Origin: Oopsacas minuta
Lineage: Eukaryota; Animalia; Porifera
Assembly: GCA_024704765.1 (NCBI GenBank)
Contig: JAKMXF010000017.1
Location: 23,292-87,291, forward strand
DNA: 64,000 nucleotides
Direction: 5' to 3'
This document shows, one piece after another, positions 57,692 to 64,000 of this stretch. The stretch's first letter is position 1; each line of letters opens with the position of its first letter. The position numbers were made by a program, and so were the translations under genes. The notes under the pieces are model-generated. The model saw only the letters and a program-made list of their open reading frames with translations. It was not told the DNA's origin and made no database searches.

Positions 57692-60600
57692 ATGGCTTTA
57701 GAGCAATACTCAGTCTGTATAACATGCTTTAACGTAAGCCGCCATAAAGCCAAACCAAAGTTAATATTGGAAAGTGCAAAAACTGGAGAATGTTGTCCCA
57801 CATGCAAGTCTAAATGGGAATCTTGTAATGTTGCTCGATCAATGACAGATATGCTATGGTATCATATCCGTCCTAGACCTAAAAAAAGTGAGAATGTCAT
57901 GTGTACAGCTATGCTGAAGGGTAAAACCTGCAATAAAGGTCCAAAGTGTCTCAAACCTCATAACTCTCTCGAGAAGGAGTTATGGGAATCTGACCGTAAG
58001 GCAGCTGTTATGGAACAGCGAGAAATTGATAGGCAACTTTTTCAGTGTAGAGTTTGCAATTCACATTTCCTTGCCAAATACCAACTTGATAATCATATGG
58101 GCTCAGATGGTCATTTGAAAAAGACACAAGAATATCGCTTACTACCTTCAGTTGGATCAAGTACAACATTTCGTGTTCCATTGATCAAAAGGCCAAACCT
58201 CCCTCTTTGCGTCCCTCATTACAAAATGTGTAAATATGATTACAATAACTGTAAATCGAATAATTGTCAATATGCACATTCTCCAGAAGAGTTACGCACC
58301 TGGGAAGAAGCATTAGCTATTGAGAGGGGGGTTTCTCAAAGCGGAGAAAATTGGGAATCTGATTCTCGTATCAAAACTGAAGCGATTAAAAAGAGGAAGA
58401 AAAGCGAACGTGTTGATTCTCTATCTTCTTTAGACTCAATTAATGAAAAAGCAACTGGTCCAGATAAAAATACATTCATTAATATGAATAATAGGTTTAA
58501 TCTATTAGACCTGAATGAGTCATCTCCTCAACTTAATACTAATGACGGAACTGCGATAGCTGATAGGCAGCTCCAGAGATCTAAAAGTAATCGAGAGCAA
58601 ACTGATCGAGATGAATTATATCCAGAAAACAGATCTAAAAGTGAAAGTCAAATCGAGGATAGTGAAAATACAGAGAGTCAAATGCTTAACAGTCAAAGCT
58701 TAGCAAAAGATGGAGACTATACGCCAGAAAGTTATAGCAACCAATTTGATGGGTCAGGCAGAGATGATCAAAGATTTAATGATGAAGGTCCAGGATTTCA
58801 TAATGAAGATAAAGGATATCGAAATGAGGAGTATGATCCAAGGTATCAGGGTTACAATCAAAGCTATCAGAATGATGATTATAGAGGCGATTCAAGGCCT
58901 AAAAAACGAGACCAAAACAGAAGAGAACAAAGGAATAGCCGACAGCCTTATAAACAGAGTCAGAATGCTAATATGAAAACTCAACTTCCTAATACTGTAC
59001 CTGGTTTCATGCTACACCTTCGAGGTGTTATCAAAAATACAGGTATAAAAAAGTATTTGTCAAACTATCCAACACACATTAGACTCTACGAACGCAATAA
59101 CAAGTCATTAAATATGGAAATTGAAGAAGGAAGTGATCCAATAAAATGGATTTTCAGGTTATCATCCAACGCTCCAGACAAACTACACGCAGTTATGCTG
59201 CATGATCATAAAAAATCCTTTAAAATTGGTAAGCTAAATCGAGGCATAAATAACCAAGATTCAACACAACTAATTTCTTGTCCATATTACTCATACAAAA
59301 CAGGTTGTCATGTTGATAGAGAGTTTGATAAGGACTCTTACATTGATATCACACTAATCTACACACCTAAATTTGGAACTTTTCGGACATATTTAATTTT
59401 ACAACTTCAGTTTTCTACCTTGCTGGCGAAAGAGATAAAGGTCCATGTTGGTGAGAAAAAGTTTGCTCAGATAGCGAATGAATTCATGGAAGAGATTCAA
59501 CAAACTGCGCAGACTCTTCCTGAGACTTCACCTGAGGATACAATTATCTGGGAAGATAATTTCAAAATATACCCATTCCCATCTGAACCCACACTTACAC
59601 AACCACAACCACAAAACTACCCCATGACATCTGCCATAGAAAATCATGTTAAAAAGGGAACATACGAGAATATTAAAGATGTTATTAACCCTAAGGTCTA
59701 CTGTTTAAGATTCCATAACTTAATGTATCTAGAAGAGTATGAGCATCGTAGCAAGTTATTGCGGTATAGTCTTGTTGACTATGAAATTAATTCCAGGTCA
59801 GTATTACATACAATCACTATTGATGACCCTACCATTAGAGATCCATTTCGCGTTTCACAGCCAGGATGGAAATATGTCACTTTCAAATTGAAATATCATA
59901 TGTTTGAAGGGTATCGAAGTTTTCGTCCACCTTCAATTGCTTATGTTATACCTAATGGTACTCTTGTTGCTTTTGAATGTATTATTGCTCATTTTGCTTT
60001 TGATAAGGCGCATTTTAAAATTTCAGATCAAGCAATAGCAGAGTGTGAAAAACACGGAGGCTTAGCTTTAGTGCGTTTCGGACCAGATAGGAAGGAATAT
60101 GAAAAAATGCACTTATCTCTAGATGAGCTAAATTTGGACCTCTTATTTCCAGATCACAAATTTATTGATTTCTCATTCAATAAAGAGCTATGCTCCAGTT
60201 TAGGAAAATTGAATATTTCCAGCGATCAAACTAAGGCTGTGTATAGCATCGCCGATGTCCAGCTGAGGAAAGTACCAACCTTAATCTCAGGTCCTTTTGG
60301 TTGTGGGAAGACTGAGACTTTAGTTTCCGCTACTAAATTTCTAATCTCTGCGTATGCTGACGTCAGAATATTGATCGTGACCCGAAACAACTCCTGTGCA
60401 AACATTTACATTGAAAAATTGCAAACCCAATGTCATTCATTATCTCTGTTAAGCAGTAACAAAGATAAGAAGCCCATTTTATTTCGATTTATGCCCTCTG
60501 ACAAAGAAGTCTATCTAGATGCCACTAACCGATCAATACAAAGCTTCTGTAAGATAGAATCATATACCTACCAACCTCCTACACCCAAGGAATTCATGGA

Positions 60601-61981
60601 ATGCAATATCATAGTCAGTACATCAATTGCTTCGTTTGAATTACAAACACTTCGTCCTGAGTTAAAGAAACATATGATGTTCACTCATATTTTCATTGAT
60701 GAATCAGCTCAGATTATTGAGCCGGAAACTTGCATTCCTTTGGTACTTGCTGATCCTGAAACAAAACTTGTCTTTGCTGGTGACATCCATCAGACAAGAC
60801 CGTTAATTCTATCCAAGTTTGGACGTAAATTCAACTTGGATGAAACTCTATTCGAGAGACTTTATAAAGCTTCAGAATCTATCAGCATACAAGAATCATT
60901 CTGTAAATTCAATTTGTTGGATAATTACAGGTGTCCAGAGCTTGTGGTCTCTTTTCTATCAAATCATTTTTATCAAGGAAAACTCCGCGCTCACCCGCCT
61001 TTTATAAAAGGACCTGACGATTTTCCAGCTCTCTCCTTCATCAATGTAACTGGTGAAGAGTCTAGAGCTGCCAGTTCATCTTCCTACTTCAACAAAGCCG
61101 AAGCAGAAGAGGTGATCAGACAGATAAAGTTATTCATGGTGGAAGGTATAGACTCTAAACAGATAACTGTACTGTCAACTTATGGTGCACAGATCCATCT
61201 ATTGAGACAGTACTGCAAGAAAGAGATAGGCATATTCATAACTATAAGTAACCTTGAGGGAGTACAGGGCTGTGAATATGACGTAGTTATAATATCAACA
61301 GTACGGACTATTTCAACATTAGATAGTGAACTAAGTCTAGGAGAGAGAGTGGATCTCGGTTTGTTAGATGACGTCACTCAGTTTAATACTATACTGAGTA
61401 GAGTTAGAGGTTGGGTAATGGTAGTGGGCAGTGCTGAGACACTAAAAAATATAGGCAGTTGTAGCGAGGTCTGGAAGAAATATATTCAGCAGTGTATTGA
61501 GCTAAACTCGTACTTTGAAGATGATAATGCAGCTGAAAATTATGAGAATGACGATGTAGCTGTATTTGAGGAAAACAAGTTATCTGTTAACGAATCTATT
61601 CAAAATCATTCATCAAGTGGTCCTGTTCCTTATACTCAGTTGAATCCGCCAATAAATCAGATGATTGAACTCAGACCAAACTCTCAAGATAACTTTCAAA
61701 CTATAACTCTTCTGAACACTCAAGTAAATCCTCGATTACAATCCCAGATTAATCAACAGCAAAATGTTGGAAGATATCCCCAACCATTTCCAAACTTTGT
61801 CTTAGAGAAGTATACACTTGTAAAATCGCTTAAAGAAAAATGTTCTCAGGAACTCTTACTTTATCACCCACGGTCAGAGATGGGGATAATAGTCCGGCAA
61901 CAGCTGGAGCTATTGGCTAACTTTGAGTATACCTTACAGGTTCAGAATCACAATAATACTCAATCTATGCTATATTACTAA
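57692..61981 (+). CDS. HELZ: HELZ-like zinc-finger, Upf1-like SF1 RNA helicase, intronless
   Basis: CCCH and C2H2 fingers (CQYAHSPEELRTWE), Walker A GPFGCGKT, IFIDESAQ, AGDIHQ, LDNYRC, QGCEYD, FNTILSR; one helicase module and no RNB domain, so HELZ rather than HELZ2. Confidence 0.8.
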   Translation: MALEQYSVCITCFNVSRHKAKPKLILESAKTGECCPTCKSKWESCNVARSMTDMLWYHIRPRPKKSENVMCTAMLKGKTCNKGPKCLKPHNSLEKELWESDRKAAVMEQREIDRQLFQCRVCNSHFLAKYQLDNHMGSDGHLKKTQEYRLLPSVGSSTTFRVPLIKRPNLPLCVPHYKMCKYDYNNCKSNNCQYAHSPEELRTWEEALAIERGVSQSGENWESDSRIKTEAIKKRKKSERVDSLSSLDSINEKATGPDKNTFINMNNRFNLLDLNESSPQLNTNDGTAIADRQLQRSKSNREQTDRDELYPENRSKSESQIEDSENTESQMLNSQSLAKDGDYTPESYSNQFDGSGRDDQRFNDEGPGFHNEDKGYRNEEYDPRYQGYNQSYQNDDYRGDSRPKKRDQNRREQRNSRQPYKQSQNANMKTQLPNTVPGFMLHLRGVIKNTGIKKYLSNYPTHIRLYERNNKSLNMEIEEGSDPIKWIFRLSSNAPDKLHAVMLHDHKKSFKIGKLNRGINNQDSTQLISCPYYSYKTGCHVDREFDKDSYIDITLIYTPKFGTFRTYLILQLQFSTLLAKEIKVHVGEKKFAQIANEFMEEIQQTAQTLPETSPEDTIIWEDNFKIYPFPSEPTLTQPQPQNYPMTSAIENHVKKGTYENIKDVINPKVYCLRFHNLMYLEEYEHRSKLLRYSLVDYEINSRSVLHTITIDDPTIRDPFRVSQPGWKYVTFKLKYHMFEGYRSFRPPSIAYVIPNGTLVAFECIIAHFAFDKAHFKISDQAIAECEKHGGLALVRFGPDRKEYEKMHLSLDELNLDLLFPDHKFIDFSFNKELCSSLGKLNISSDQTKAVYSIADVQLRKVPTLISGPFGCGKTETLVSATKFLISAYADVRILIVTRNNSCANIYIEKLQTQCHSLSLLSSNKDKKPILFRFMPSDKEVYLDATNRSIQSFCKIESYTYQPPTPKEFMECNIIVSTSIASFELQTLRPELKKHMMFTHIFIDESAQIIEPETCIPLVLADPETKLVFAGDIHQTRPLILSKFGRKFNLDETLFERLYKASESISIQESFCKFNLLDNYRCPELVVSFLSNHFYQGKLRAHPPFIKGPDDFPALSFINVTGEESRAASSSSYFNKAEAEEVIRQIKLFMVEGIDSKQITVLSTYGAQIHLLRQYCKKEIGIFITISNLEGVQGCEYDVVIISTVRTISTLDSELSLGERVDLGLLDDVTQFNTILSRVRGWVMVVGSAETLKNIGSCSEVWKKYIQQCIELNSYFEDDNAAENYENDDVAVFEENKLSVNESIQNHSSSGPVPYTQLNPPINQMIELRPNSQDNFQTITLLNTQVNPRLQSQINQQQNVGRYPQPFPNFVLEKYTLVKSLKEKCSQELLLYHPRSEMGIIVRQQLELLANFEYTLQVQNHNNTQSMLYY

Positions 61982-62514
61982 TAGTTATATGTTTACTGCT
62001 AACAATATTATTATTATTGCTTAAAATACTGTTTCTTTTCGAATATTCCTTCATATTGAATTGAAATTCATAATAATCCTCTTCTTCTATGATCTCATTT
62101 TGTAATGTGCGTGTATTTATGTTCGAATTATTTTGTTGCTGTTTGCATAATTTTTTGTATAAATATATCTTCATTACTAACTTCTAATTGTTTCTATCTT
62201 TGCTCTGTGTTTAGTTGTATATTGCTTTAGCATTCTGTTAAGTTTATTTCTATTATATTGAATTAAATTTGGATAGAGTTCCTTTGGGAAAAATTAGGTC
62301 AGCACATTTGTGTGGTAAAGGCTGTTCCTGTATGCATACGTAGGTTCACTTTCGTATGGCTGTGCTGCGGGCTTGATCTATACTGCACTAATGATCCAAT
62401 CGAAATCTGACAATAGGATTGAAATTTGAGAATATGATGCTAAAATGTAACAATTGCATAAATACCTTACAAGCAGTGTATATTCATTTATTTCCCTTCA
62501 CTTTATATATTAAC

Positions 62515-63415
62515 TATTACGACACACTTCGTGTCTGCACTCGGGCAGACGCCCTCGAGTGCATAAACTCATAATCTTAATCGTAGCAAACATTATACTA
62601 CCATAATCTTTAAATCTGCTTACTTTATGTCCCAAAAGTGAACGAATATTTATGAAATGTTGTTAACATTATCATATTTGGACTCAGCATATTCGATTAC
62701 CCTAGTATAGCCGTTGAAAGCATGTTTCTACCACTATTTACGAAGAAGAAAGTTAGCAGCCAATTCAAATAAAATAACGTGTTCACTTCAATCGTTTATT
62801 TGACCGACTTTCCGTAAAGCTAGAGAAAAAAACTTGTTATTATTCGAAAGTATAGCGTTGGTGGATTACGAAAATGTCATCAGAATTGTAAAAATATGTG
62901 TGATGAGTTAGCATTGAGGTTTTGAAATTTTTCCATTCGTGTCAACTATAATGTGTCATTTGACAGACTTCTCATTATTATTTTGACGAATGGAAAAGTT
63001 TTCAAAACCTCAATGCTAAGTCATCACACATATTTTTACAATTCTGATGACATTTTCGTAATCCACCAACGCTATACTTTCGAATAATAACAAGTTTTTT
63101 TCTCTAGCTTTACGGAAAGCCGGTCAAATAACGATTGAAGTGAACACGTTATTTTATTTGAATTGGCTGCTAACTTCTTCGTCCACAATTTTGAAATTTG
63201 TTTACTTTATATTCATAAAAACAACAATAGATTTAGATATAATTATTCCAAAAGTGTGAAAATCGGATTCAGCATATAAGATATATTTACTTTCTTGATA
63301 AACGCGATAAATACATAGCTATGCTACCCACAATTTCAAAATTGCATACCGTAAATCCTTTTCTTGACAACGGACAAACAAACACAAACAACAATTGAGA
63401 TTTAATAATATAGAT
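62515..63415 (+). mobile_element. HINE/Lep1-like Helitron repeat interrupted by a fold-back MITE
   Basis: Homologous to 7686-8085 and 28180-28609; ends gagatttaataatatagat. Confidence 0.6.
62740..63182. mobile_element. Mutator-like fold-back MITE (~200-bp TIRs, 9-bp TSD)
   Basis: Near-perfect arms 62740-62945 / 62983-63182; flanks CCACTATTT and CCACAATTT; empty site CCACAATTT present in the homologous repeat at 7930-7954 (minus strand). Confidence 0.8.
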
Positions 63416-64000
63416 TTACAGTTTTCTCCGTATACAATTAGTACGTTCGAGCACGTCTTTACTATAGATGGCAACTGGGAGTTCTAGTACCTATGAATAT
63501 GGCATGGACCAACGATTTGAGGTATGTATTCCTTATTATTACGATAATTTGCCTAAGTTTAAGCTGAATATTTATAGAATACGATGATTAGAAGGCATTA
63601 TTCCAAGAAATACGAAAAAATTCAAAAAATTAAATTTTTATGAGTGAATTTTAATTCGCAAACTTCGAAGGATTATTTCCTTTGATGAGATATATAAACT
63701 GGACTCTTATTTTTACTATTATTTGGCACCATATATAGTTATATTTTAGTAGGCCATGGTTTAAGCTAATGAATTCAATAATTTTTGCCAATCTAATCTT
63801 TCATGTAATACATTTCCATAGAGTATCCAGCTGTCCTCAACAGATCAACAAGATGGAGAAACTGGAGTTTACATTGATATTGAAACAGATTATATTCAAC
63901 CGAAAACCGAAGATGATATTCCCCATCGCGAAATTCCAAAAGAAATTAGTTCATCAGTTGAAGAGAAGTTAGATACTTTTACTTCTTTTCAGGTATCATG

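Noticed and set aside
46146-62174. Short antisense and alternative-frame ORFs overlapping BLTP1, HELZ, the RAG1-like gene and the PTP exons
   Set aside because: Shadow ORFs expected opposite long coding sequence; no independent motifs.
1-64000. tRNA, rRNA or hammerhead ribozyme candidates (GGTTCGAAT at ~45085, several CTGATGA)
   Set aside because: No cloverleaf or hammerhead stem arrangement could be built around them by eye; tRNAscan-SE or Infernal would be decisive.

Overview
AT-rich eukaryotic (animal) genomic DNA with GT-AG introns; no rRNA, tRNA or CRISPR array was seen. The intron-poor housekeeping genes and the coiled-coil+NHL family style suggest a sponge, possibly a glass sponge such as Oopsacas (inference only). 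Left to right: an intronless MATE transporter; two tandem minus-strand genes with near-identical ectodomains (signal peptide, 6 C-type lectin domains, 3 Ig-like domains, TM) but unrelated tails - gene A (19271->6205) has an ITAM-consensus tail, an in-frame TGA and a D2-only pseudophosphatase, gene B (30638->~20182) has an ITIM-like motif plus a catalytically intact D1 and a D2 tyrosine phosphatase, i.e. a candidate paired-receptor system; an orphan multi-pass membrane gene and its inverted, deleted copy; a 5.1-kb hAT-bounded composite element (12-bp TIRs, 8-bp TSD) carrying an NHL gene copy and a 3.0-kb RAG1-like/Transib transposon with perfect CACAGTG heptamer ends and asymmetric bipartite TIRs; an atypical caspase; back-to-back perfect palindromes; intronless BLTP1 (3656 aa) and a HELZ-like helicase; many MITEs and Helitron-type repeats. 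All alignments were made by eye; no database searches were run.
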